From contig CBDEGZ010000003.1 of NCBI GenBank assembly GCA_965238175.1, positions 2,208,001 through 2,272,000 on the forward strand: a stretch of DNA of 64,000 nucleotides, written 5' to 3'. The notes below the pieces were generated by a model. The model made no database searches and had not been told where the DNA came from. It was given only the letters and a program-made list of their open reading frames with translations. Position numbers and translations under genes: made by a program. How positions within the stretch are numbered: the first letter of the stretch is position 1; each line of letters opens with the position of its first letter. Source of the DNA: Gammaproteobacteria bacterium. GTDB taxonomy: Bacteria > Pseudomonadota > Gammaproteobacteria > CAJXQU01. Shown here in pieces: positions 10,846-21,247 of the stretch.

Positions 10846-11264
10846 TAATACCTCCCTCCTTTCTATAGTAAGTTTGATTATCAAAAAAAAAATTATAGTC
10901 GCCTTCTTTAAAGTAGTACTTTTAGGTGACTCACAGCCAACTATACTTCATGACCTGCTTACAATTGTAGATTAATGTAAAATTAATTCAACCATAATCT
11001 TAATACCACTCATATATAACTGTTATTTAAGATTTTTTAATAGATTTTTAAATTATGTTATTACTTAATATTTTACTTTAATAAGAGTCTGTAACTATTT
11101 TAATTTATGAGTTTAATTAACATTTATTTGCATAACTACACCTCTTTATATTTTTTTGATTCATAATAACAATAATATATATTGTAATACTGAAAGCTAA
11201 TAACTTTCTATTATGTTTAATAACTAAAAGTATCAACTTACATTATTTAATAATGTTCAGTTTA

Positions 11265-11957
11265 TCAATAATACTGTGGGGATTCGTATGCATCCTGCTC
11301 TTGTCCTTCAACAATTGGTTTAACAAAGATCTCCACTCGTCGATTTAACTGCCGGCCTGCATCAGTCTCATTTGTATCACGCGGCTCAAGTTCCCCACGC
11401 CCTTCCGTTTGCAATCGTCTATAAGGAACCCCATGCCCTGTGAGATAACTACCCACCGATTGTGCACGTCTTTCTGAAAGCGCTTGATTATAAGTTTTTG
11501 ATCCAACGCTATCGGTATGTCCAATAACATGCACAACGGTTCTATCGTATTTCTGCAGTACTTCAGCCAACTTGTCTAGCGTAGGAAAAAAAGCCGGTTT
11601 TAAACTATCTTTTCCGAAATCAAACGAAACTTCATTATTAACACTTAATTTCAGAGTATCGTCTTTTAAACGCTCAATTTCAATATCATTCTGTCGCTGT
11701 TCATTAGCTAATTCAGCTTCAAACTCAGCCTGTTGTTTATCCATATAATGGCCAACAGCACCACCAGCAAGTGTACCCACTGCAGCACCAACCAACGTTC
11801 CTTTAGTATCATCACCAACAATTTGTCCAACAACAGCACCTACAGCAGCACCTACAGCAGCACCCGTTTTTGCACGTCGGTTTGGATCGTCCGTAGTAGC
11901 GCATGCTGAGATAGCTAGTGCTATTGTCGATGCCACAATCAAGCTTACCTTTTTCAT
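11265..11957 (-). CDS. OmpA-family lipoprotein (YiaD-like, glycine zipper)
   Basis: Lipobox ISAC, Gly zipper, GHTDSVGS..YNQALSERRA, NRRVEI. Confidence 0.92.
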   Translation of the reverse strand: MKKVSLIVASTIALAISACATTDDPNRRAKTGAAVGAAVGAVVGQIVGDDTKGTLVGAAVGTLAGGAVGHYMDKQQAEFEAELANEQRQNDIEIERLKDDTLKLSVNNEVSFDFGKDSLKPAFFPTLDKLAEVLQKYDRTVVHVIGHTDSVGSKTYNQALSERRAQSVGSYLTGHGVPYRRLQTEGRGELEPRDTNETDAGRQLNRRVEIFVKPIVEGQEQDAYESPQYY

Positions 11958-12076
11958 AAGAAACTCCTTTGTTTAATATCATTTAGCGTTGACAGGAATC
12001 TATCGTTTGTAGATTAAACGAAACCTGAATAACCTTCATTAGAAGTATATAGCCAGTTTAAGCTAAATGAGTTAGT

Positions 12077-13228
12077 TTATTTTGAGACTATATCTAGTCG
12101 TTTTTCTAGAACCGATACACTCAGTTCACCATTAAGAAAAGCATTTAACTCGTCACCAATCATTCGCTTACGCCAACTACTAGTCACTATTGAGACGTCA
12201 TTTTTTAGAAGACGTTCAATCTCTTTCCTTGGTGCAAGCGATGAAGGACTTAGATCATTTTCTACAGCTCTTATTCGTACTATCGACATCATCACATCCA
12301 CTAAAGCTTCTTGTTCAGGCTTTAACGACTTATTTCGTTTTTTGACGTCTAAAGGTTGTGGGTCAGCATTTTGTGCTTCGTCAATTATCCGGATTAGCTC
12401 TGTACTGTATTTCCTGGCCACTCTTTCGTGGATCCCCTTAATAGAAAATACTGCATTCTTGTTATCGGGTAATTGATGAGACAAATCAATTATGGCATCG
12501 TCTCGCAATAACCAGGTACGCGGTCTATTTTCATTTCTCGCCGTTTCTTCCCGCCATTTAGCTAAAGCTTGTAAAACAGATAACTTTTTCCCTTTTAGTC
12601 TATTTGCACTACGGATTTTTTTCCAAACCTGATCCGTCTTTGGTTCATAAACCTCCGGATCTGTCATTTCCTGGAAATCTTTTTCCAACCAGTCTAGCCG
12701 ATCAAGTTCTATGAGCTGTTCAACCATTTTTTCGTATATTTGACCAAGGTAAATCACATCATCAATTGCATAACGTAACTGCCCTTCATTTAAAGGTCGA
12801 CGTTTCCAATCAGTACGAGTATGCGATTTACTCAATTCAACACCTATCATCGCATTAACCAAATTCGCATAACCAGTTTGTTCTGGAAAACCAAGTAAAG
12901 GCGCTGCAACCTGCGTATCAAAGAGCGGTGCAGGAATTGATCTCCTAAGGTTGAAAAATATTTCGAGATCTTGTCGGGCAGAATGAAATACTTTTGTTAT
13001 TGAGGTGTCATAAAATAGATCCATGATCGGAGTTAAATCTTCTATCGAAAGCGGATCTATAATCGCCGCATTCACCCCATCTGTTACTTGCAATAAACAC
13101 AGCTCTGAGTAGTAGGTTTTTTCTCGTTCAAATTCAGTATCAATAGCTAACCATTTAGCGCTATTTATTTTGTCACAATAGTCAAGCAATGCTGTTTGGG
13201 TTGTTATTACAATAAAATTTTCTGACAT
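12077..13228 (-). CDS. rnd: Ribonuclease D
   Basis: AIDTEFEREKTY, KVFHSARQDLE, FDTQVAA, DWKRRPL, YAIDDV, HRDC region. Confidence 0.93.
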   Translation of the reverse strand: MSENFIVITTQTALLDYCDKINSAKWLAIDTEFEREKTYYSELCLLQVTDGVNAAIIDPLSIEDLTPIMDLFYDTSITKVFHSARQDLEIFFNLRRSIPAPLFDTQVAAPLLGFPEQTGYANLVNAMIGVELSKSHTRTDWKRRPLNEGQLRYAIDDVIYLGQIYEKMVEQLIELDRLDWLEKDFQEMTDPEVYEPKTDQVWKKIRSANRLKGKKLSVLQALAKWREETARNENRPRTWLLRDDAIIDLSHQLPDNKNAVFSIKGIHERVARKYSTELIRIIDEAQNADPQPLDVKKRNKSLKPEQEALVDVMMSIVRIRAVENDLSPSSLAPRKEIERLLKNDVSIVTSSWRKRMIGDELNAFLNGELSVSVLEKRLDIVSK

Positions 13229-13390
13229 TCTTTATATTCCAGTTACTTATTTTCCATTTATTTTAAGGAAGACTTAATGGCAGGAACATATTTGTATAGT
13301 TAAGACAGTATTGTCTACAAAGTAGCTTAAGTCTTACAAAAACATTTTCCATTAGCGGCAATCAGAGCATTGTATTTATTAATCGATTGT

Positions 13391-14281
13391 CTATTTCCGG
13401 CGATTGTTCCATACAGATTTTGAAGGTGAAGGACTAGATCTACCTTGCCTTACTCGGTTCTGATTTTTTGCTTTGTTTCGGCCTGCACTTTTGGATACAT
13501 CCAAAGACTCGGTTTTGAAATTCCTGATTCCAGCTAACTCAGCTAATGATTTAGCTTCGGCAGCTTCAATATCCCAGAATTTCCCAAGCCTGATATTACG
13601 CGGTAACAAAATTGTTCCGTATCGAACCCGCGTTAGTCGACTTACCTGTACACCTTGAGATTCCCACAATCGTCTAACCTCACGGTTACGACCTTCACGC
13701 AGAATTACATGGTACCAATGATTCGCACCTTCCCCTTCGCCGGCTTTTTCTATCTTATAAAAGCTGGCAACCCCATCTTCCAATTCAACGCCCGCCTTTA
13801 GTCGTTGAAGCATAGAGTCATCAATTTTACCAAGTACTCGTACAGCATATTCCCTTTCAATTTCTCTGGCGGGATGCATTAGCTGATTAGCTAATTCACC
13901 ATCCGTGGTAAATAAGATTAGACCAGAAGTGTTGAGATCCAGACGCCCAACAGCAACCCAACGCCCATTATGTAGTTTGGGCAGATTTTCAAAAACAGTC
14001 TTTCGCCCTTCCGGATCGCTACGACTACAAATCTCTCCTACAGGCTTGTGATAACCAATGATACGAATACTCTTTTGATAGAGGCGTGAATTCTGGATTA
14101 CATGTCCATCAACACGTATCATATCCTCCTCCATGACCGACTCACCAAGAGTAGCAACCTTACCATTGATGCTGGCACGCCCTTCTTTGATCAATTCTTC
14201 CATTTTACGGCGAGATCCAAGTCCTGCGCGTGCTAGTACTTTGTGCAGTCGTTCCTTATTGTTACCCATTATTTGAGTCAT
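13391..14281 (-). CDS. rluB: 23S rRNA pseudouridine synthase B
   Basis: S4 domain (ERLHKVLARAGLGSRR), VGRLDLNTSGL, EREYAVRV, EGRNREVRRLWESQG. Confidence 0.9.
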   Translation of the reverse strand: MTQIMGNNKERLHKVLARAGLGSRRKMEELIKEGRASINGKVATLGESVMEEDMIRVDGHVIQNSRLYQKSIRIIGYHKPVGEICSRSDPEGRKTVFENLPKLHNGRWVAVGRLDLNTSGLILFTTDGELANQLMHPAREIEREYAVRVLGKIDDSMLQRLKAGVELEDGVASFYKIEKAGEGEGANHWYHVILREGRNREVRRLWESQGVQVSRLTRVRYGTILLPRNIRLGKFWDIEAAEAKSLAELAGIRNFKTESLDVSKSAGRNKAKNQNRVRQGRSSPSPSKSVWNNRRK

Positions 14282-14433
14282 TATTTTGGACCACTAGATT
14301 AAACCTGTAGTTTGATCAGGTAAAAACCGAGCATACTCCCACAATAACATTAAAATAAATAGTGATGAGAAAATTAGTTGAGGAAACTGCTTCGAATTGA
14401 ACCGACAAATGATGGGTTAAGGAAATTGAAGAT

Positions 14434-15297
14434 CTAGAACAGATCCACATCGTGCTCCAACGGTAATACCTCAGTAAGTCCATAACTTTCTACTAGACTC
14501 TCTAACTTTGCAGATATTCCGGTAAATAAAATTTCTTTTTTATGCTTCGATGAAAATCCATTAATTAACATCATCAAAGCAACAACATTGGACGGTAACA
14601 TATCACTCATCGCCTCTAAATTAAATTGCACATACTCAACGGATGTTGATAATAATGCCATTTCGATTTTCTCGACATAATCATCTATCGTATCACTGGT
14701 AGCCGAAAGTACGCGATCATTTCCTAGCTCAATTTTTAATCCTTGCCCTATTTCTGAGACACCAAGAAACAAACGAGTCTCATTTAAACTCTCGATTTCT
14801 TTATTACGAAAACTAGCCAGTGACTGTTCTACCTGGAATTTGATATTTACATCATCAGGGTGTAAGTTAATTATCTGACGATAAAAATCAGCCACCGTCC
14901 AAGGCGTCACCAACATACCCAGCTTCAGCGTCCCTTTGGAAGCCTTTACTGGCTTCATAATACTAATAACTGTGTCTCGATTATTATCATCACAGACTAC
15001 GAGCACCTTAGATTGTCTAGTTTTGAACACACTCATTTGAACAATCTGGTCGAGAAAGTCTGCGCTGCTCATTCCCTGCAAATGGTTATCAATAACAATT
15101 AAAGACGGATCATTTTGAACATATCTTTTCAGGATCTCAACACTATCTCCAGCTTGAACAATATCTAAACCGAGCGTTTTTAACAGCTCATAAATTCTGT
15201 CGAAACCGTTTGTTGAACTAGCGAATATCACTGCTGCCGAGTTCGCGTCTGAAGGAAATGGATTAACCTTCTCATCATTAACAATTGCACTATTCAT
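14434..15297 (-). CDS. Receiver-like domain protein with C-terminal STAS-like domain
   Basis: DPSLIVIDNHLQGMSSADFL (REC-like); C-terminal ILFTGISAKLESLVESYGLTEVL (STAS-like). Confidence 0.5.
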   Translation of the reverse strand: MNSAIVNDEKVNPFPSDANSAAVIFASSTNGFDRIYELLKTLGLDIVQAGDSVEILKRYVQNDPSLIVIDNHLQGMSSADFLDQIVQMSVFKTRQSKVLVVCDDNNRDTVISIMKPVKASKGTLKLGMLVTPWTVADFYRQIINLHPDDVNIKFQVEQSLASFRNKEIESLNETRLFLGVSEIGQGLKIELGNDRVLSATSDTIDDYVEKIEMALLSTSVEYVQFNLEAMSDMLPSNVVALMMLINGFSSKHKKEILFTGISAKLESLVESYGLTEVLPLEHDVDLF

Positions 15298-15413
15298 AGT
15301 TTTCTATCTATTACTAATTAAATTGAGTAATGTCTGACATTCTCCAATGTTTTTGGATATCCTATCTCATGGCTAGCGACACAATATCAAATTACTTTAT
15401 GGTAAAAACCTCA

Positions 15414-16598
15414 CTATTGGTTACTTTCTTTTTTAACAAAAACACGATGCCAGTCCATCTTTGCAGTTAACATCATTAGAACTGCTAACGTTAAGATTGA
15501 TCCCACCGTAACAGTTAACCCAGTCATTCCTTTGATAAAAAACGAATATGAAAAGAGGATCAGGTAAAAAATTTGTCCTATAGCCGCAATTCTCCAAGGA
15601 AAGGTTATTCCTAATGCTGACCGCAAATACAGAATAACCAATCCGACAGACACAATTGATGAAATCAAAAACGCCACATGGACATTAATCACATCAACCA
15701 TGTAAGCGAACGATAAATGGAAGGCAAAAAATCCAGCTGTCACAAAAAGATAGTGCATAGGATGAACATTGATCTTTTTAATCACACTTAACGCGCTTAT
15801 TAAAACAAAGAAAAACAATAAACAAACCGGGGCAAAGAAACTCATCCTTGCTGACAATGGTCCGGGATTTATCTTTTCAGGCATTAATATTGCTACATTT
15901 TGCTTAGTGATAAAATCTTTTGCAACCCACTGCAATGTTGTGAGATTGTCTTTCGTGTCAACCAACATCGGCGATAAGCTTCCATTTTGATAATCCACCT
16001 CTTCAAAATTAGTTGATACCAATAAATCCAGATTTTTTACTCTCCCGTCATTCGATAAAGAATACTGCCATGCTCGCAATCCTCGGGTTTGATATCGAAT
16101 GGCAAAAGAACGCATTTGATCAGGTGCTAATTCGATCAAGTAGTTAACACCTTCACTCGTTTTTAAATCTAAACTTTGACTTTCACCATCAACCATAAAA
16201 TCAAAATGATCATATGTTGCAGATTCCGACGGCAAAGTAAAATGTAATCTGACACTCTGACTAACCGCATCGGTGTTTTTAATGGTATAGACACCATCAA
16301 ATTTAACTTTATAGGTTGGGTACCAGATCAAGCCTTTTTTGCGCTGCTCTAGTTGCAGATCAACCTTAACCAGATTACTTTCCGGCATTAATACGCGATC
16401 ACGTTTTGACCCTGGTACCTTTACCGACAAATAAGGAGCTTGTTGCGCAAGACTAGAACCCCATAATTGTTCGACTTCATAATCGAGAGAGCTATAGAAA
16501 TTCTTTGCCCGAAACTCGCTGGTCGTTCCCAAGGTTACCCAGCCTGCAACACCGAGCAAGAAGATCAGGATCACAGAAAATATTTGTTTTATTGTCAT
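15414..16598 (-). CDS. CreD-like inner membrane protein
   Basis: N-terminal TM, periplasmic domain, several C-terminal TMs, HPMHYL and LMMLTAKMDW motifs. Confidence 0.7.
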   Translation of the reverse strand: MTIKQIFSVILIFLLGVAGWVTLGTTSEFRAKNFYSSLDYEVEQLWGSSLAQQAPYLSVKVPGSKRDRVLMPESNLVKVDLQLEQRKKGLIWYPTYKVKFDGVYTIKNTDAVSQSVRLHFTLPSESATYDHFDFMVDGESQSLDLKTSEGVNYLIELAPDQMRSFAIRYQTRGLRAWQYSLSNDGRVKNLDLLVSTNFEEVDYQNGSLSPMLVDTKDNLTTLQWVAKDFITKQNVAILMPEKINPGPLSARMSFFAPVCLLFFFVLISALSVIKKINVHPMHYLFVTAGFFAFHLSFAYMVDVINVHVAFLISSIVSVGLVILYLRSALGITFPWRIAAIGQIFYLILFSYSFFIKGMTGLTVTVGSILTLAVLMMLTAKMDWHRVFVKKESNQ

Positions 16599-18274
16599 TA
16601 TCCCTTCTCCCCTAAAAGTTTATCTCCTACACGTTTATCCAAGGGCTCTTTATAAAAGATCGCCGCTTGCAACGCATTACCACGATAAAATGGATATTGG
16701 AATAAATAAGGTTTCCCTGCAGAAAAACTTTGTACAATAGGACATTGTGCGTATTCGTCAGGTGTCAATTCCCCTTCAACAGCCACCAATTCGATACGTG
16801 ATGTTAAACCAACACTGACAATGACTTTTTGCGCGGCCAAGCCAGTTTCTGGAATTGTGATTGGTAGCTTTCCTTCTAAGCCTAATTTTTTATGCTTCTG
16901 GCTATAAGTTAACTCAATGACTGAACTACCCTGTTCTGCAAGTGGAATAACCCAAACAGGAACCTGCTGATCAGTTTTTTGTGTAAAAATATCCTGTTTT
17001 TTCCCATTGACTAATAATGACCAAACCTCCGTTCCTGGAATCGAGTTTAGTAACAAACGATCACCCGAGTTTTCTGGTAGTTCTACTCTGATAACCGAAA
17101 TCTCATTACCATTATCAGCAAAGCTGGTATAAAAAAACAATTCATCTAAAACAATTTGTGGAGATTCAACAGTTTCGAATCGCTTAAGTTTTAGATCAAA
17201 ACTTTCTGCCTTATTATAGGTACCCGTAATATTATTTTTTTGTCTCAACTTTACCGGTAGTCGACTATAAGAGATATTTTGAGTAAGTGATTTTCCGCTC
17301 ACACCTATTTGTGCTGCAATCGGTTCAATAATCTGGAACCCATTTTCCAGACCAATATTATTTTTGATGGTGGGTAATTTAAGATTTACTAAACTTTGTT
17401 TAGTATCGACTTCAAATCTAACCTCAAATGTATTACTTTCACCCTGCTCAGTATCAATCAGTAAATTACTCGTATCAGTAGAACCACCTTCTAAAAACTT
17501 TGCATGCGACACAGGTAATGAGCTATCCAGATATCGTAGTGGCGCTTCATAGTTAAGCTCAATATCCTGTTTAGAAAATTGATCGGACACACTATAAAAA
17601 GTGAAAATATATTTATCACCGTCCAACTCAATCTGAGTGAATGTATCAACATCAACAAACTGTTGATCACGATTGTTTGAATCTGTAAAGCGTAAGTTCA
17701 TTTCATTCGCAGGTGGAAAATAATAACGTTGTAGAGATTGTTGAATTCCAGGATGGTTAATAAGCTCAACACCCGGTGGTAATTCAACATCAAGAATATT
17801 GCGTACCGCAGTAGGAATATTAAATGCTAACTCCTGTAATGCCCTGTCTTCGATCAAAGTAATTACCAAAGTTAAATTAACCTGAAAAGAATGACTTTCA
17901 TCTGTCGCATCAATATAAAAAAGATAGCCAGAATCATCACTAATAATGGCACCGCCTTGCACCTCCCTGATCTGACTAATAGCAACATTATGATCAAATA
18001 GTGATATCGGTTCAGGCTTACCTTGAAGTTGCTTACCTTTGATAGAAACATCAACCAAAGCCTCCGTTCCATTAACAGCCACTTTGTAATGTGCTTCATC
18101 AATCGACACTATCGCGACAGGTTCGATAACCTTTTTACTCTGATCAAATTGTTGCTGAATCTTTTCGGTGTAAAGTGTTTTGAATTCATCCCATGGCAAT
18201 GTCAGGCTGTTATCTGCCCGAACTACCTGTGATGCCAACATCACAGCCGTTGTTAAAACTAATCGACGCATCAT
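16598..18274 (-). CDS. Secreted hypothetical protein, translationally coupled to the CreD-like gene
   Basis: 558-aa ORF with signal peptide (VRA-D); stop overlaps next start. Confidence 0.7.
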   Translation of the reverse strand: MMRRLVLTTAVMLASQVVRADNSLTLPWDEFKTLYTEKIQQQFDQSKKVIEPVAIVSIDEAHYKVAVNGTEALVDVSIKGKQLQGKPEPISLFDHNVAISQIREVQGGAIISDDSGYLFYIDATDESHSFQVNLTLVITLIEDRALQELAFNIPTAVRNILDVELPPGVELINHPGIQQSLQRYYFPPANEMNLRFTDSNNRDQQFVDVDTFTQIELDGDKYIFTFYSVSDQFSKQDIELNYEAPLRYLDSSLPVSHAKFLEGGSTDTSNLLIDTEQGESNTFEVRFEVDTKQSLVNLKLPTIKNNIGLENGFQIIEPIAAQIGVSGKSLTQNISYSRLPVKLRQKNNITGTYNKAESFDLKLKRFETVESPQIVLDELFFYTSFADNGNEISVIRVELPENSGDRLLLNSIPGTEVWSLLVNGKKQDIFTQKTDQQVPVWVIPLAEQGSSVIELTYSQKHKKLGLEGKLPITIPETGLAAQKVIVSVGLTSRIELVAVEGELTPDEYAQCPIVQSFSAGKPYLFQYPFYRGNALQAAIFYKEPLDKRVGDKLLGEKG

Positions 18275-18840
18275 ACATACCTCTTTTATTTAAAAATAAG
18301 TAGGTACTTTAAATTACTAATATGCAAATGGTATGGATCAAATATGGCCTAAAAAAGGCATTATGTCAGGAAGTGTTATTTATCGATCTAGTAAGGAGCA
18401 GCTAGCTTGATTTAGAGTCTACCTTTCTGTAGGGTTAATCAGGTGGTTTGATTATATAAAAATAATATTCTTCCAACCAACCTTTATATTTTTGCATTGA
18501 GGCAATAACAAGCAGAGTGCTTTTAAAATGAAAAAGATACGGTTTGGATAAAAAAGATATAAAATACACTCTACTAAAGTTAAGTTGTTTTTTATTCCTA
18601 TGTTACTAGGATTAATCACTTACACCTCCGCAACGCCAGCGAGTAAAGTAATGTGTTGAGCACATAAACAGCTTAACAACCGAGCAATATACTACATAAC
18701 GGTTAGCTAGGGATCTTGAGCAGCGCTATAAAAACTATAGGGCGCTATTGGATACATTTAATATGGAAAAACACCAATAGTTAATAGTACAAACCACGAT
18801 ACGAAGCTTATGGTAGCCTTGGCTCCCGTAACATAATCAA

Positions 18841-18903
18841 TCAGTTAATTTCACAACCAACGAAGTTGACATCTCATGGGGAGGTAGGAAAGCAAAAGTT
18901 ACA
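18841..18903. repeat. Dispersed ~63-bp repeat, copy 2
   Basis: Similar to 916-979. Confidence 0.7.
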
Positions 18904-18968
18904 ATACAAAAACAGGCTGATTCCTTGATTGATATTTTTTAATATTTTGAAAGTTAACGAGACAGCAG

Positions 18969-19712
18969 ATGAATTATAATAAAACTATTTTTTTATATTG
19001 GGTGGGTCGTGATTATAATTTAATTAAAATATTTAGAGATTATATGCACACACATTCTGATAATGAAAAAAAATATAATATTGTATTAATTAACAATAAT
19101 AATATAAATAATTATATAAAAAATTTACCGCATTATTTTTCAAAGTTATGCCCAGCGCATCAAGCAGATTTTGTGAGAGTAAATGTTATTTGTGACTATG
19201 GTGGTATATGGCTTGATAGTGATACATTAGTAATGAATGATTTATCATCTTTATTTGATTTAATTAAGAATAAAGATGGGTTTTTTATAAAAGAAAATAA
19301 TGAAGCTTTATCAAATGGGGTGTTTGGAAGTAAAAAACAAACTCCTTTAATGATAGAATGGAAAAAACAAATGATACATATATTGAATGAAAAAAAAGAG
19401 GGTGTTGGCTGGACGGAAATAGGTAGTGACATACTTCAAAATATATATAACGTAGACAAGGACATTTATAATAATTATAAAATATTTGATGGCTTAAATA
19501 ATATGTATCCAGTAAATTGGGATGGTTGTGTAACTGAATTTATAGATAAACCATATGATAATTATAAAAATATCATACGTGATTTTCAACCAATAATTGT
19601 TTTAGTAAATTCCGTATATAAAAGGTTAGACTACATGGATGAAGAAGAAATATTAAATAGTAAAATGCCTTTAAATTATTTTATTAATAAATCATATAAT
19701 AAATCAATATAA
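18969..19712 (+). CDS. Glycosyltransferase (GT32 / capsular polysaccharide synthesis-like), very AT-rich
   Basis: IFLYW, HQADFVR, YGGIWLDSD (DxD motif), WTEIGSDIL. Confidence 0.8.
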   Translation: MNYNKTIFLYWVGRDYNLIKIFRDYMHTHSDNEKKYNIVLINNNNINNYIKNLPHYFSKLCPAHQADFVRVNVICDYGGIWLDSDTLVMNDLSSLFDLIKNKDGFFIKENNEALSNGVFGSKKQTPLMIEWKKQMIHILNEKKEGVGWTEIGSDILQNIYNVDKDIYNNYKIFDGLNNMYPVNWDGCVTEFIDKPYDNYKNIIRDFQPIIVLVNSVYKRLDYMDEEEILNSKMPLNYFINKSYNKSI

Positions 19713-19744
19713 TTTTATATGAATAAAGAAATCAAATGGTGTTC

Positions 19745-20074
19745 GAGTGTGTCAATAATTCTGTGTAACTGTCCGGTTTAAATATAATCCGCTAGGCAGT
19801 CTTCGAATTCAATAATAAATCTATTCAGAGCAGATTTCCAATTTCGTATTGGCATCGTCCATTTCTGTGACGCTTGTTTTATCGCAAGATAGACCACTTT
19901 TCTTGCCGCATCATCCGTGGGAAAAAGCTTGCGCTTTTTAATCACTTTTCGAATAACACTATTGAGTGATTCAATCGCATTGGTCGTATAAATCGCTTTT
20001 CGAATATCCGCCGGGTAACAGAATATAGTATTCAGGCTCTGCCAGTGTTTCCGCCAAGTTTTACTAATCTGTGG
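19745..20074 (-). mobile_element. IS256-family 3' remnant with one terminal repeat
   Basis: Minus strand YPADIRKAIYTTNAIESLNSVIRK...KWTMPIRNWKSALNRF; end gagtgtgtcaataattctgtgtaactg at 19745. Confidence 0.88.
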
Positions 20075-20342
20075 GCTTTTTTCATTTCTGCGTTTCTCTG
20101 TGCTGGGGTAATATATCCCAATGATGAATGTAGTCGTTTGTAGTTGTAAAAATAGATGTAACTTTTTACGGCAGTAACGACTGAAATATGATTGATAAAA
20201 CTTAACCGGTTTAGTCGCTCAGTTTTTAAGCTCCTAAAGAAACGCTCCATCACACTATTCTGCCCAAAGCACTTCGTGGGGCAGGCTCTCCCAACAATTC
20301 CCCCTTCGACTCATACTTTGAGTAATATTCAGTGCGTTAAAC
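20075..20342 (-). pseudogene. IS3-family transposase OrfB fragment
   Basis: ITQSMSRRGNCW...NSVMERFFRSLKTE...YNYKRLHSSLGYITP. Confidence 0.88.
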
Positions 20343-20372
20343 ATCCAAAAAGCACCGGTTTTTTACTTATAG

Positions 20373-20542
20373 TGTGGTGTGACACATGGTGTGATCTATA
20401 TGGGATATAGCGGCATTAATAGAAACATAGTGGGATCGGTTTTTAAAACAAGAACTTAGGCAGCGAAGAACAAAAAACGGTCTCGAATAAAGTGACACAT
20501 GGAAATATAACAGTGAGTGAAACCAGGTCAGATGGTTTGATC
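20373..20542 (+). other. Prophage left end with putative transposase-binding sites
   Basis: tgtggtgtgacacatggtgtgatcta (20373-20398) is an imperfect inverse of the right terminus; gtgacacatgg recurs at 20492; gtcagatggtttgatc (20527-20542) is the exact reverse complement of 59423-59438. Confidence 0.85.
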
Positions 20543-21013
20543 GGATTTAGTTTTGTCCGTATTCTCGTAATCGGCCTTTAATGCCCTTATAAGTATCAAT
20601 AAACCGTCGGGTGTTAGTTTATTTGTAAAAAGCATGGTTTTAATCGTTTCTTGCAAAAAAACACTAGGTGAGAAACCGGCTTTATTAAAGACCTTGTTAA
20701 CCTCATCATTAATGTCGTTATAACGATCAACAGAAACGTTGAGAGATGAAGATTTGTTGCAATACTTTGCTTTTTCTTCCTTTACAGCTGCGTATTTTCG
20801 TACAGCCTCTACTTTACTATCAGAAAGTCTAAGTTTTAGAAGGTGCTCGAATTCAGTACCTGTGTGAGCTGCGAACTTTGCTAAATAATCTACTTCAGGC
20901 AAGGGATCTTCGTTTTCGTGATTTGCAACAGTGTTTTTATGAAAACCTAATTCAGCAGCGAAATCTGCCCGTGAGACTTTACCTCTAATACGCTTTAATT
21001 CTGCTCCTAGCAT
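20528..21013 (-). CDS. Prophage repressor (XRE HTH)
   Basis: LKRIRGKVSRADFAAELGFHKNTVANHEN; divergent from ner, at the left end. Confidence 0.8.
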   Translation of the reverse strand: MLGAELKRIRGKVSRADFAAELGFHKNTVANHENEDPLPEVDYLAKFAAHTGTEFEHLLKLRLSDSKVEAVRKYAAVKEEKAKYCNKSSSLNVSVDRYNDINDEVNKVFNKAGFSPSVFLQETIKTMLFTNKLTPDGLLILIRALKADYENTDKTKSDQTI

Positions 21014-21247
21014 GAAAAAATTCCGCTAAAGTTACCACGTACATGTGAAAAAGCTAGAACAATAATCCCATATTCAATATTTCGTTCCATCTTTCAGTAA
21101 CTAGTTGATTTTATAATATTTAAAATAAGTAAATGTATATTTATAACAATATACACATACTGAAAGTTAGAACTAAATTGATATTTTTTAACTAATATAC
21201 ACATAAACATATTTTATTTCACACGAACGTGTGATATTGTTCCTATC
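21014..21247. promoter_or_regulatory. c/ner immunity and enhancer region with IHF site and operator-like repeats
   Basis: IHF consensus AATCAActagTTA on minus strand (21098-21110); aatatacacata twice (21148, 21194); palindrome tcacacg-aa-cgtgtga (21219-21234). Confidence 0.6.

Noticed and set aside
10885-11264. Very AT-rich intergenic stretch
   Set aside because: No ORF, repeat or structure recognised; probably an ordinary promoter region.
18364-18390. tgtcagg...gatcta as left end of the older element
   Set aside because: Only TGT and GATCTA match, spacing differs, and there is no GGTGC duplication.
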